NCBI GenBank assembly: GCA_035221665.1
Contig: CM069138.1
Coordinates: forward strand, 22,692,001 to 22,756,000
DNA length: 64,000 nt
Source: Okamejei kenojei
Lineage: Eukaryota
Direction of reading: 5' to 3'
In this document: positions 13,061 to 26,170 of the stretch, piece by piece
Numbering within the stretch: the first letter of the stretch is position 1
Layout of the letters: each line of letters opens with the position of its first letter
Translations under genes and position numbers: made by a program
The notes under the pieces: generated by a model
The model's database searches: none
What the model was told of the DNA's origin: nothing
Seen by the model: the letters and a program-made list of their open reading frames with translations, nothing else

Positions 13061-13464
13061 CATTGTTGTCAGAAGGCTCAGAAATTGAAAGGAGTTGAAT
13101 GCAGGCTCACCGAGAAGTACTGAAGAAAACCTAAAATCCAAACTAAAATGGAACCGAAAGATATAGACCTGGAACCGAAAGAACTCAGAACTGACAGAAT
13201 GCAGAACTGATTACTCGGCACCCAATTGGTGATGATCTCAGGTATTTATACCAAGTGAAAGATTAAGGAAGCAGATTAAATGCAGGTGTAACTCCAAATA
13301 TCTCAACGGAGGAGTGTGGAAAGAGTCTCAAGTGTCTGAAGGCATGGCAAATGTGACAATTGTGAAGAATGTCTGATGACAGAATAGCAAAGCAGCTAGT
13401 TTCAGGGGGGCTGACTGGGAACAAATGGTCACGGGCTACAGTAAACAAGATTCAAAGGCACTCT

Positions 13465-14075
13465 TAGAAACATAGAAACATAGAAAATAGGTGCAGGAGT
13501 AGGCCATTCGGCCCTTCGAGCCTGCACCGCCATTCAATATGATCATGGCTGATCATTCAACTCAGTATCCTGCACCTGCCTTCTCTCCATACCCCCTGAT
13601 AACTTTAGCCACAAGGGCCACATCTAACTCCCTCTTAAATATAGCCAATGAACTGGCCTCATCTACCTTCTGTGGCAGAGAATTCCAGAGACTCACCACT
13701 CTCCATGTGAAAAATGTTTTCCTCATCTCGGTCATAAAGGAATTCCCACTTATCCTTAAACTGTGACCCCTTGTTCTGGACCTCCCCAATATCGGGAACA
13801 ATCTTCCTGCATCTAGCCTGTCCAACCCCTTAAAAATTTTGTAAGTTTCTATAAAATCCCCCCTCAGTCTTCTAAATTCTAGCGAGTACAAGCCGAGTCT
13901 ATCCAGTCTTTCCTCGTGTGAAAGTTCTGACATCCCAGGAATCAGTCTGGTGAACCTTCTCTATGGCAAGAATGTCTTTCCTCAGATTTGGAGACCAAAA
14001 CTGCACACAATACTCCAGGTGTGGTCTCACCAAAACCTTGTACAACTGCAGTCGAACCTCCTTGCTCCTATACTC
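13465..14075 (-). mobile_element. CR1 LINE 3' fragment
   Basis: ORF 13562-13933; (catagaaa)n tail. Confidence 0.9.
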
Positions 14076-14099
14076 TCAGAACATCGTTGATGAATTTCA

Positions 14100-14968
14100 A
14101 CATAGAAACATAGAAAATAGGTGCAGGAGGAGGCCATTCGGCCCTTCGAGCCAGCACCGCCATTCATTGTGATCATGGCTGATCGTCCGCTATCAATAAC
14201 CCATGCCTTCCTTCTCCCCATATCCCTTGACTCCACTAGCCCCTAGAGCTCTATACAACTCTCTCTTAAATCCATCCAGTGATTTGGCCTCCACTACCCT
14301 CTGTGGCAGGGAATTCCATAAATTCACAACTCTCTGGGTAAAAAAGTTTTTTCTCACCTCAGTCTTAAATATCCTCCCCATTATTCTAAGACTATGGCAC
14401 CTGGTTCTGGACTCATCCAACATTGGGAACATTTTTCCTGCATCTAGCTTGTCCAGTCCTTTTATAATTTTATATGTTTCTATAAGATCCCCCACATCTT
14501 TCTAAACTCCAGTGAATACAAGCCTAGTCTTTTCAATCTTTCCTCATATGACAGTCCCACCATCGCAGGGATTAATCTTGTGTACCTACGCTGCACTGTC
14601 TCAATCACAAGGATGTCCTTCCTCAAATTAGGAGAACAAAACTGTACACAATACTCCTGATGTGGTCTCACCAGAGCCCTATACAACTGCAGAAGAACCC
14701 CTTTACTCCTGTACTGAAATCCTCTTGTTATGAAGGCCAACATTCCATTAGCTTTCTTCACTGCCTGCTGTACCTGCATGCCAACTTTCAGTGACTGGTG
14801 TACAAGGACACCCAGGTCTCGCTGTACCTCCCCCTTACCTAACCTAACCCCATTGAGATAATAATCTGCCCCCTTGTTTTTTCCACCAAAGTGAATAACC
14901 TCACATTTATCTATATTATACTGCATCTGCCCACTCACTCAACCTGTCCAGGTCCCCCTGCAACCTCC
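14100..14968 (-). mobile_element. CR1 LINE 3' fragment
   Basis: ORFs 14193-14495 and 14480-14938; (catagaaa)n tail. Confidence 0.9.
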
Positions 14969-16715
14969 TATAACCATATAACCATATAACAATTACAGCA
15001 CGGAAACAGGCCCTCTTGGCCCTTCCAGTCCGTGCCGACCATTTGTTTTCCCCTAGTCCCATCTACCTGCACTCAGACCATACCCCTCCATTCCCTTCCC
15101 GTCCATATACCTATCCACTTTACTTTTAAATGTTAAAATCGATCCTGCCTCCACCACTTCTGCTGGAAGCTCATTCCACACAGCCACCATTCTTTGAGTA
15201 AAGAAGTTCCCCCTCACGTTACCCCTAAACTTCTGTCCCTTAATTCTCATGTCATGCCCTCTTGTTTGAATCTTCCCTACCCTCAATGGGAAAAGCTTAT
15301 CCACGTCAAATCTGTTTATCCCTTTCATCATTTTAAAGACCTCAATCAAGTCCCCCCTTAACCTTCTGCGCTCCAAAGAATAAAGACCTAACTTGTTCAA
15401 CCTTTCTCTGTAACATAGTTGCTGGCACCCAGGCAACATTCTAGTAAATCTCCTCTGTACTCTCTCTAATTTGTTGACATCCTTCCTATAATTAGGCAAC
15501 CAAAATTGTACACCATACTCCAGAATTGGTCTTACCAATGCCTTGTACAATTTTAACATTACTTCCCTACTCCTATATTCAATGCTCTGATTCATAAAGG
15601 CCAGCACACCAAAAGCTTCCTTTGCCACCCTATCTACATGTGATTCCACCTTCAGGGAACTATGCACAGTTATTCCTAGATCTCTCTGTTCCACAGCATT
15701 CCTCAATTCCCTACCATTTACCATGTACGTCCTATTTGGATTTGTCCTGCCAAGATGTAGCACTTCATACTTATCAGCATTAAACTCCATCTGCCATCTT
15801 TCAGCCCACTTTTCCAAAAGGCCCAAATCTATCTGTAGACTTTGAAAATCTACTTCATTATCCACAACACCACCTATCTTAGTATCATCTGCATACTTAC
15901 TTATCCAATTTTCCACCCCATCATCCAGATCATTGATGTACATGTCGAACAACAGTGGACCCAACACAGATTCCTGAGGCACCCCACTGGTCACCGGCTT
16001 CCAACCTGACAAACAGCCATCCACCATTACTCTCTGACATCTCCCATTCAGCCACTGTTGAATCCATCTTGCTACTCCGCCATTAACACCCAAAGATTGA
16101 ACCTTCTTAACCAACCTTCCATGGGGAACCTTGTCAAAGGCCTTACTGAAATCCATATAGACAACATCCACTGCTTTACCCTCATCAATTTCCCTAGTAA
16201 CCGCTTCAAGAAATTCAAGAAGGTTTGTCACACATGACCTTCCAGGCAGAAATCCATGTTGACTGTTCCTGATCAGACCCTGTTTATCCAGATGCTTATA
16301 TATATTATCTCTAAGTATCCTTTCTATTAATTTGCCCATCACTGACGTCAAACTAACAGGTCTATAATTGCTAGGTTTATTCTTTGAACCCTTTTTAAAG
16401 AATGGAACAACATGCGCAGTACGCCAATCCTCCGGCACTATTCCCATTTCTAATGACATTTGAAATATTTCTGTCATAGCTCCTGCTTTTTCTACACTAA
16501 CTTCCCTCAATGTCCTAGGGAATATCCTGTCAGGACCTTATCCACTTTTATATTTTTCAAAAGTGTCAGTACTTCCTCCTCTTTGAATCTCATAGTTTCC
16601 ATAGCTACTCTACTTTTTCCCCTTACCTCACAGAGTTCAATATCCTTCTCCTTGGTGAATACCGAAGAAAATAAATTGCTCACTATCTCCCCCATCTCTT
16701 TTGGCTCTGCCTGCC
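14969..16715 (-). mobile_element. CR1 LINE of a different subfamily, with an open 485-aa RT region
   Basis: [24 protein letters not shown]; (ataaccat)n tail. Confidence 0.93.
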
Positions 16716-19700
16716 ACTCACCACTGCCTGCCATTCTGAAAAGGACCCGTTCACTCCTACTCTTTGCTTCCGGTCTGCCAACCAATTCTATCCATGTCAA
16801 CACCCTACCCCCAATACCATGTGCTCTAATTTTAGTCACCAGTCTCCCGTGCGGGACCTTATCAAAGGCTTCCTGAAAGTCTAGATACACAACACCCACT
16901 GGCACCCCTTCATCCAATTTACTTGTCACATCCTCAAAAAATTCCAGAAGATTAGTCAAGCATGATTTCCCTTTCATAAATCCATGTTGACTTGGACTAA
17001 TCCTTTTACTGCGATCCAAATGCTCCATTATTACCTCTTTAATAATTGACTCCAGCATCTTTCCCACCACCCGTCAGGCTAACTGGTCTGTAATTCCCCG
17101 TTTTCTCTCTCGCTCCTTTCTTAAAAAGTGGGAGAACATTAGCTATCCTCCAATCCACAGCAACTGATCCAGAATCTATTGAACATTGGAAAATGATCAC
17201 CAATGCTTCACTATTTCTAGAGCCACCTCCCTGAGGACCCTGGGATGCAGACCATCAGGCCCAGGGGAGTTATCATCCTTCAGTCCCATTAGCCTACCCA
17301 ATACTATTTCTCGCCTAATGAAAATTTCTTTCAGTTCCTCTACCCCCTTAGATCTTCTGTCCTCCAGTACATCTGGGAGATTGTTTGTGTCCTCCTTAGT
17401 GAAGACAGATCCGAAGTACCTATTCTACTCTTCTGCCATTTCCTTGTTGCCCATAATTATTTCACCTGTGTCTGCCTTCAAGGGACCCACATTTGACTTT
17501 GCTATTCTTTTTCCCTTAACATATCTAAAGAAGCTTTTACTGTCCTTCTTTATATTCCTGGCCAGCTTCCCCTCGTACTTCATCTTTTCAGCCCGTATTG
17601 CCCGTTTTACTGCATGGATGAACTACAAAAATTGCCCGTGCAGTTGGGATCACGGAGACATGGCTCCAGGGTGACGTAGGCTGGGAGCTGAACATCCAGG
17701 GATATTCAATATTCAGGAGGGATAGAGAGAAAGGAAAAGGAGGTGGGGTAGCGTTGCTGGTTAGAGAGGAGATTAACGCAATGGAAAGGAAGGACATTAG
17801 CTTGGAGGATGTGGAATCGGTATGGGTAGAGCTACAAAACACTAAGGGGCAGAAAACGCTGGTGGGTGTTGTGTACAGGCCACCTAACAGTAGCAGAGAA
17901 GTTGGGGATGGTATCAAACAGGAAATTAGAAATGCGTGCGACAAAGGCAAAACAGTTATAATGGGTGACTTCAATCTACATATAGATTGGGTTAATCAAA
18001 TTGCAGGGGTGCTGAGGAAGAGGATTTTTTGGAATGTATGCGGGATAGTTATCTAAATCAACATGTAGAGGAACCAACGAGAGAGCAGGCTTTTTTTAGA
18101 CTGGGTTTTGAGTAATGAGGAAGGGGTAATTAGCCGTCTTGTTGTACGTGCCCCCTTGGGCAAGAGTGACCATAATATGGTTGAGTTCTTCATTAGGATG
18201 GAGAGTGACATTGTTAATTCAGAAACAATGGTTCTGAACTTAAAGAAAGGTAACTTTGAGGGTATGAGACGTGAATTGGCCAAGATTGACTGGCAATTAA
18301 TTTTAAAAGGGTTGACGGTGGATATACAATGGAAGACATTTAAAGACTGCATGGATGAACTACAAAAATTGTTCATCCCAGTTTGGCAAAAGAATAAATC
18401 GGGGAAGGTAGTGCATCCGTGGATAACAAGGGAAATCAGGGATAGTATCAAAGCAAAGGATGATACGTACAAAGTAGCCAGAAAAAGCAGCATACCAGAG
18501 GACTGGGAGAAATTCAGAGACCAGCAGAGGAGGACAAAGGGCTTAATTAGGAAAGGAAAAATAGATTATGAAAGAAAACTGGCAGGGAACATAAAAACTG
18601 ACTGCAAAAGTTTTTATAGATATGTGAAGAGAAAGAGGTTAGTTAAAACAAATGTAGGTCCCTTGCAGTCAGAAACAGGTGAGTTGATCATGGGGAACAA
18701 GGATATGGCGGACCAATTAAATAACTACTTTGGTTCCGTCTTCACTAAGGAAGACATAAATAATCTGCCTGAAATAGCAGGGGACTGTGGGTCAAAGGAG
18801 GAATTGAGTGAAATCCAGGTCAGTCGGGAAGTGGTGTTGGGTAAATTGAATAGATTAAAGGCCGATAAATCCCCAGGGCCAGATAGGCTGCATCCCAGAG
18901 TACTTAAGGAAGTAGCTCAGGAAATAGTGGATGCATTAGTGATAATCTTTCAAAACTCTTTAGATTCTGGAGTAGTTCCTGAGGATTGGCGGGTAGCAAA
19001 TGTAGCCCCTCTTTTTAAGAAGGGAGGGAGAGAGAAAACGGGGAATTACAGACCAGTTTGTCTAACATCGGTAGTGGGGAAACTGCTAGAGTCAGTTATT
19101 AAAGATGGGATAGCAGCACATTTGGAAAGTGGTGAAATCATTGGACAAAGTCAGCATGGATTTACAAAAGGTAAATCATGTCTGACGAATCTTGTGGAAT
19201 TTTTCTAGGATGTAACTAGTAGCGTGGATAAGGGAGAACCAGTGGATGTGGTATATCTGGACTTCCAGAAGGCTTTCGACAAGGTCCCACATAAGAGATT
19301 AGTATACAAACTTAAAGCATACGGTATTAGGGGTTCAGTATTGATGTGGATAGAGAACTGGCTGGCAAACAGGAAGCAAAGAGTAGGAGTAAACGGGTCC
19401 TTTTCACAATGGCAGGCAGTAACTAGTGGGGTACCGCAGGGCTCAGTGCTGGGACCCCAGCTATTTACAATATATATTAATGATCTGGATGAGGGAATTG
19501 AAGGCGGATGACACTAAGCTGGGGGGCAGTGTTCGCTGTGAGGAGGATGCTAGGAGACTGCAAGGTGACTTGGATAGGCTGGGTGAGTGGGCAAATGTTT
19601 GGCAGATGCAGTATAATGTGGATAAATGTGAGGTTATCCACTTTGGTGGCAAAAACAGGAAAGCAGACTATTATTTAAATGGTGGCCGATTAGGAAAAGG

Positions 19701-21625
19701 GGAGATGCAGCGAGACCTGGGTGTCATGGTACACCAGTCATTGAAAGTAGGCATGCAGGTGCAGCAGGCAGTGAAAGAAGCGAATGGTATGTTAGCTTTC
19801 ATAGCAAAAGGATTTCAGTACAGGAGCAGGGAGGTTCTACTTCAGTTGTACAGGGTCTTGGTGAGACCACACCTGGAGTATTGCATACAGTTTTGGTCTC
19901 CAAATCTGAGGAAGGACATTATTGCCATAGAGGGAGTGCAGAGAAGATTCACCAGACTGATTCCTGGGATGTCAGGACTGTCTTATGAAGAAAGACTGGA
20001 TAGACTCGGTTTATACTCTCTGGAATTTAGGAGATTGAGAGGGGATCTTATAGAATCTTACAAAATTCTTAAGGGGTTGGACAGGCTAGATGCAGGAAGA
20101 TTGTTCCCGATGTTGGGGAAGTCCAGGACAAGGGGTCACAGCTTAAGGATAAGGGGGAAATCCTTTAAGACCGAGATGAGAAAGACTTTTTTCACACAGA
20201 GAGTGGTGAGTCTCTGGAACTCTCTGCCACAGAGGGTAGTTGAGGCCAGTTCATTGGCTATATTTAAGAGTGAGTTGGATGTGGCCCTTGTGGCTAAGGG
20301 GATCAGAGGGTATGGAGAGAAGGCAGGTACGGGATACTGAGTTGGATGATCAGCCATGATCATATTGAATGGCGGTGCAGGCTCGAAGGGCTGAATGGCC
20401 TACTCCTGCACCTAATTTCTTTGTTTCTCTGTTTCTATGTTTTGTTTCCTTCTGTTGTCCTATGAAAGTTTCCCAATCCTCTGGCTTCCGGCTACTCTTT
20501 GCTGTGTTATACATCTTTTATTTTAGTTTTATTCTATCCCTAACTTCTCTTGTCAGCCACGGTTGCCTCCTACTCCCCTTAGAATCTTTCTTCCTTTTTG
20601 GAATGAAAAGATCCTGCGTCTTCCGGATTTTGCCCAGAAATTTCTGCTATTGCTGTTCCACCGTCATTCCTGCTAGGATTCCTTTCCAGTCTACTTTGGC
20701 CAGCTCCCCTCTCATGCCTTCATAGTCCCCTTTGTTCAACTGCATCACTGCCACTTCCGATTTAACGTTCCCCTTCTCAAATTGCAGATTAAAACTAATC
20801 ATATTATGATCACTATCTCCAAGCGGTTCCTTTACCTCGAGTTCTCTTATCACATCTGGTTCATTGGACAACACTGAATCCAGAATTGCCTTTTCTCTGG
20901 TCGGCTCCATTACAAGCTGCTCTAAGAATCCATCTCGGAGGCATTCTACAAACTCTCTTTCTTGGGGTCCTGAACCAACCTGATTTTCCCAGACTACCTG
21001 CATATTGAAATCCCCCATCACCGCAGTAGCATTACCTTTGTTACATGCCAGTTTTAACTCCTGTTGCAACTTACACCCTACATCTGGGCTACTATTTGGG
21101 GGTCTGTAAATCACACCAATTAGTGCCTTCTTGCCTTTACAATTCCTCAACTCAATCCACAGTGACTCTACCTCGTCAGTCCGTATGTCTTCCCTCGCAA
21201 GGAACTGAATTACATCCCTCACCAACAGAGCTACCCCACCTCCTCTGCCCACCTGCCTGTCCTTTCTATAGGATGTACAACCCTGAATATTAAGTTCCCA
21301 GGCCCGATCCTCCTGCAGCCACGTCTCAGTAATCCCCACAATGTCATATTTACCAACCGCTAACTGAGCCTCAAGCTCATCTACTTTACTTCTTATACTT
21401 CGCGCATTCATATACAATACTTTTAATTCCTTACGCATCTCACCTTTCACATCGATTCCTATTACACTTGGCCATACTCTCCTATCCCTTTGTGAGCTTC
21501 CTTTCCCGTTAATTCTGGGATCATTAACCATCCCTTTACTCCCTTTCCCTTTAACTCCATCGTCGACTATCTCATTTGACACCCCACCCCCCTTATTCAG
21601 TTTAAACACCACCTGTGTAGCAGTG
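16716..21625 (-). mobile_element. CR1 LINE ORF2 (RT N-part 16716-17605; APE endonuclease 20441-21625), split by a nested + strand CR1
   Basis: NARSI..GITETWL..YRPPN..GDFN..SDHN endonuclease motifs; QHGF and DF.AFD RT motifs. Confidence 0.88.
17606..20440 (+). mobile_element. Nested CR1 LINE (endonuclease through RT and 3' end), frameshifted
   Basis: ORFs 17754-18056, 18108-19208, 19224-19511 and 19426-20340; tttctatg tail. Confidence 0.93.
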
Positions 21626-21984
21626 GGAACACACAACTGGGACTGGCCTGTTTGGTGAACCCCCATAAATATTGGTGCTCGTTCATAAGTGGAAGCTCGA
21701 TTGGAGGAAACGAAGAAAAGAGAATCTCAAAATCGATGGTCCACTGATGCCACAGCATCCCTATACTCTTATCAGGTGTGTGGAAGGAATGTTCAATCCC
21801 AGATTGTTCTAATCAAGCATCTCCATACACATTGCATTATGAGGGACGAGTGTCAAAGACTTACTTGAGAACGGGTGATGAAGAACAATGTTTAAGACTC
21901 TTGTCAGTACTGCCTAGAATCTACTGAGTGGCTGAGTCTACAGCAGGAGCCTGTGACACGCCTGTGCGGAACACCTACTCCAAA

Positions 21985-22225
21985 TGTGTATGCCGGAACT
22001 GCAGATACTGGTTTAAACCGAAGACAGACACAAAAAGCTGGAGTAACTCAGAGGGGCTGGCAACATCACTGGAAAGAAGGGTCTCCACCCAAAACGTAGA
22101 AAAGGGTCTCAACCCAAAACGTAGGAAGAAAGGGTCTCAACCTGAAACGACATCCATTCCTTCTCTCCAGAGATGCTGCCTGTCCCGCTGAGTCACTCCA
22201 TCTTTTTGTGTCCATCTTCACACCT
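21985..22225. mobile_element. Penelope-derived inverted hairpin
   Basis: Inverted arms gacacaaaaagctggagtaactcag / ctgagtcactccatctttttgtgtc. Confidence 0.65.
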
Positions 22226-22394
22226 TCTCCAACGGTGAGAGTCCCTGCACCACACTGTTCTTCACTGGTCTCTAACATGGGCTTGACTTTGAGAGTTGAA
22301 TCCTGTAGTCTGTCTCATCTGAGGTTTAACGAATGGTGGAGGGCACTGAGCTCAGAGATCAGCCGTGAGCTCATTTGTGAGATAAGCAGAGATA

Positions 22395-22685
22395 GCAGTA
22401 CGGTGCACGGCCGGTAGAGCTGCTGCCTCACAGCACAACAGACCCAGGTTCGATACTGACCTTGGATGATGTCTGTGTGGAGTTTGCACATTCTCCCTGT
22501 GACCTCCAGTGCTCCGGTTTCCTACCACAACCCAAAAACGGTTAATGTTTGGAGGTGAAATTGGCCTTAGTTTGCAGGGATATGAATGTGGGATGACATA
22601 GAACTAGAATGAACAGATGATCAATGGTTGGGGTGGACTCGGTGGGCCAATAGTTTCCATGATCTATTTTTCAATTCAATTCAAT
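22395..22685 (+). mobile_element. tRNA-derived SINE
   Basis: ggtagagctgctgcctcacagc..ggttcgat head; (ttcaa)n tail. Confidence 0.7.
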
Positions 22686-22859
22686 CCAGGCTGTGGGGCT
22701 GAATAATTTGTCGACTCTTGCTCTGCATCTCATAGTCTGTCATCTTACTTTGTGCTGAGCTCTGAAGACTGGTTTCACCCATCCACCTCGAATGCAGCCT
22801 CTGCTTCCTAAGCTGGACTTCAACCCATTGTTTTGCCCATTAACACATGTCTGTCATTG

Positions 22860-23760
22860 GCTCACTCTGCTCTGGATGAAATTTCCAGAGTCACCGGCAG
22901 AGTAGACAAAGCACACCCTAATCCTGGGTACCAGAGCTGGGCAAGTGACTGATGTGTCAGTGGGGAGCACTTTGGGACTAGTGACAATAGGTCTATTAGT
23001 TTTTAAATAGTTATGGAAAAGAATAAAACTGGTGTAGAATTTAAAGTTATAAATTGAGATTAGCTGAATTCTGATGATATTAGACAGGCTCTTGCAAGCG
23101 TTGACTGGAGGAGATTGTTTGGGGATTTATAAAAATAAATAAGATAGTGAGAGTTCAAAGTCTGCATGCTCCCGTTAGAGTGAAGAGGACGGCAGGCAGG
23201 AAGAGTGATCGTTGGGCAGCTCGGATCAAGAGAATCCCTGGAGGAATGTACAGGAAGCAGGAGTTTGACTTTCACATTGAAAGATAGGACCCTGGGGAGT
23301 ATTATAGATCAGAAGGATCTACAAATATAAGTACAGTACATGGTTCCCTGTAAGTAGCATAGCAGTTACATAGGGTGGTAAAGACGATGTTTGGCATGCT
23401 GGGCTCTGAATACAGAAGTTGGGATGTTATGTTGTAGTTGTACAAGACACTTGGAGTATTGTGTTCAGTTTAGGTCACCCTGCTATAGAAATTATGCTAT
23501 GAAGCTTGGTAGAGTGTAGACAGGATTTAAGAGGATATGGCTAGGACTAGAGGGACTGAGTTATAGGAAGAGCTTGGCAGGCTGGTATTAAATTCCTCTG
23601 AGCTTAGGAGACCAAGCGGTGATTTTATAGAGGTGCATAAAATCATGAAGAAAGTAGATAGGATGATTGCATCCAATCTTTTTCCCAGTGAAGGCAAATC
23701 CAGAACTAAGGAAATAGATTTAAGGCGAGACAGGAAGATCCAATAGGAACCTGAGAGGCC
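22860..23760 (+). mobile_element. Old, degenerate CR1 LINE
   Basis: Recognisable CR1 nucleotide motifs (cacttggagtattgtgttcagtt; ataggaagagct) without an open frame. Confidence 0.6.
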
Positions 23761-23789
23761 ACTTGTGCAACACCAATGCCATTTTAAAT

Positions 23790-25290
23790 TCAGTGATGAT
23801 ACCTTTGTTATTGGAAAATAATGGATGAGCTTCGAGAAGCTGAATGTTGCTTCAGGAAGGGAAAGCTAAGAGTCCATGAACCTGACTACCTCGACAGGAC
23901 AGAGGAGGAGAGAGTCCACAGCTTCATGTTTCAGAGCATACTCACCTCTGATGATCTGTCCTGGGCCCACCACATCAATACAATCTCAAAGAAACGCATC
24001 AAAGTCTCCACTTCCTCCTAGGTGTGAGGAGTATTTTGCTGACTACTCCATCGGGCACAGTGGAGAGCACACTGACTGGTTATATCATGGCCTTGAATGC
24101 CTAAGAATAAATGAAGTTGCAGAAAGAAGTGGACATTGTTGAGGTCATATTGGGGTCATGTTGCTTTTTCTTTTCTTTCCGCCGCCTCCCCCCACCCCCC
24201 ACCCCCCATCAGTCTGAAGAAGGCTTTCGGCCCAAAACGTTGCCTATCTTTTTCGGTCCATAGATGCTGCTGCACCCGCTGAGTTTCTCCAGCATTTTGT
24301 GTACCATTGTTGGGGTCATTATAGATACTAACCTATAGACAATAGACGATAGGTGCAGGAGTAGGCTATTTGGCCCTTCAAGCCAGCACCACCATTCACT
24401 GTGATCATGGCTGATCATCCACATTCAGTACCCCATTCCTGCCTTCTCACCATATCCCCTGACACTGCTATCTTTAAGAGCTCTATCTAACTCTGTCTTG
24501 AAAGCATCCAGAGGATTGGCTTCCACTGCCTTCTGAGGCAGAGAATTTCACAGAATCACAACTCTCTGAGTGATAAAGTTTTTCCTCATCTCCATTCTAA
24601 ATAGCCTACCCCTTATTCTTAAACTGTGTCCCTGGTTCTGGACTCTCTCAACATCAGGAACCTCCCAGATGTTAAAGTGATGTACAGGAACGGCTGCTTC
24701 CAGAAGGCAGTTAGTATCATCAGGGACTACTGTATGCTCTATTTTACAGAGACATGGCTCCTCCTGCCTCACTTGATTGTGCCATTCAACCTGAGGGCTT
24801 CTCACGACTCTGGAAGATTAAAGTTGGATCATCTAAAGTTGATTAAAAGTTGATTAAAGAAGGTTACTTTTTAATTAATCCTGCCTGGTGGCTTGGACGT
24901 GACTGTCCTGGTGAGCTCCTGCTCCCCAGAACTGGAATCTCTGACAGTGAAGTGTTTTCCTTACTATCCCTACTGTGGGAATTCACTTAGGCTCTCCTGA
25001 TAACAGTCCACATCCCACCCCAGGATGATGGTAGGTTTGCATGAGGAACATCACACTGTCACCAACAGCCTTGAAACGGTATCGCGAGGATTTGTTCAGA
25101 TAATTGTCTGGGACTTCAAAATATTATCAGCAAGTTTCCTGCCCAACCAGAGGCCCTTGAACACTGCTGCACAACCATAAAGATGCTTACTGTTCCATTC
25201 CTAGACCACACTTCAGTAAATCTGATCACCTGGCTGTGTTTTTACTTCTTACTTACAAGCGGACTTACAAACTTACAAACAAAAGGAGGC
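23790..25290 (+). mobile_element. Mixed degenerate LINE fragments (Rex1/L2-like endonuclease and 3' pieces, CR1 3' on - strand at 24335-24660, Penelope hairpin at 24210-24305)
   Basis: FTETWL and LSWAHHINTISKK motifs; CR1 tail. Confidence 0.5.
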
Positions 25291-25462
25291 TGGGCGACAT
25301 CTACAAGTCCCTCCAATTCTTGGGATTTATTGTTTTTTAAGCTCATTAAAACTCTCCGATACATTTCTTCACCAGTACTGATTTTATTTGCCTCCTTGCC
25401 CAGGAATTAATGTCTGACGCTGTCTTTTAGTAAGGTAAGTTACATTTTGTAAGTCCCAAACT

Positions 25463-25765
25463 TTAGTTTAGTTTAGTTTACAGATATACTGGGGAATGGA
25501 AACAGACCCTTCGGCCCACCGAGTCCACACCGACCAGCGATCACCCGTACACTAATTATATACTACACACTCAGGACAATTTATAGAAGCCAATTAACCT
25601 ACCAACCTGCACGTCCTTGGGATGTGGGAGGAAACCGGAGCACCTGGAGGAAACCCGCATATTCCCAGGGAGAACGTGCAAACTCCATACAGCCAGCACT
25701 CATAGTCAGAATGAAACACGGGTCTGTGGTGCTGCAAGGCAGTAACTCTACCACTGCACCACTGT
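25463..25765 (-). mobile_element. tRNA-derived SINE
   Basis: (tttag)n tail and conserved body shared with 30980-31280 and 39930-40195. Confidence 0.8.
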
Positions 25766-25827
25766 TTTAAATAATTTCTAGCAACCCTTATATTCCAATG
25801 ATAGCCTATTGATATCCTCCCTTAAAG

Positions 25828-26170
25828 ATGCAAATCCTCCAATCCTGATCCAATTCCCGAGGCTGGAGTGTGTCACTGAGGGTCACACGACACGGTTATG
25901 GTGCTTCATGAAGAACGCTGAAGTGGGAAACACTGATGTTCACTGGTACCGAGAACTACCCGGGCAGGAAATGGAGTGGGTTTTAACACATGAGGCAGGA
26001 GGCTGCATACGAAGGAGACCAGGCTTCACTGCGGTTCCAGCCATTCAAAGACGCCTCCAACAACAGCTTCATCCTGAATGTCACAAACGTGATGCTCAAT
26101 GACTCTGCCGTCTACTACTGCACAGTGTGGGGAGATATCAGAGGGAATGGAACCCAGCTCGTTGTCACTG
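25828..26170 (+). pseudogene. Complete Ig V(J)-type domain exon with a frameshift (receptor copy 1, second V domain)
   Basis: Acceptor cccttaaag and donor gtaagt, both phase 1; ANPPILIQFPRLECVTEGHTTRLWCFMKN..VHWYRELPGQEMEWVL..GFT/RFQPFKDASNNSFILNVTNVMLNDSAVYYCTVWGDIRGNGTQLVVT. The exon is 343 nt, implying a ~2-nt deletion near 26031. Confidence 0.92.

Noticed and set aside
26121-26127. Perfect RSS heptamer CACAGTG at the V/J boundary (also at 8074-8080)
   Set aside because: No nonamer at 12- or 23-bp spacing, and the heptamer is explained by the Cys-Thr-Val codons. There is no evidence for a rearranging locus.
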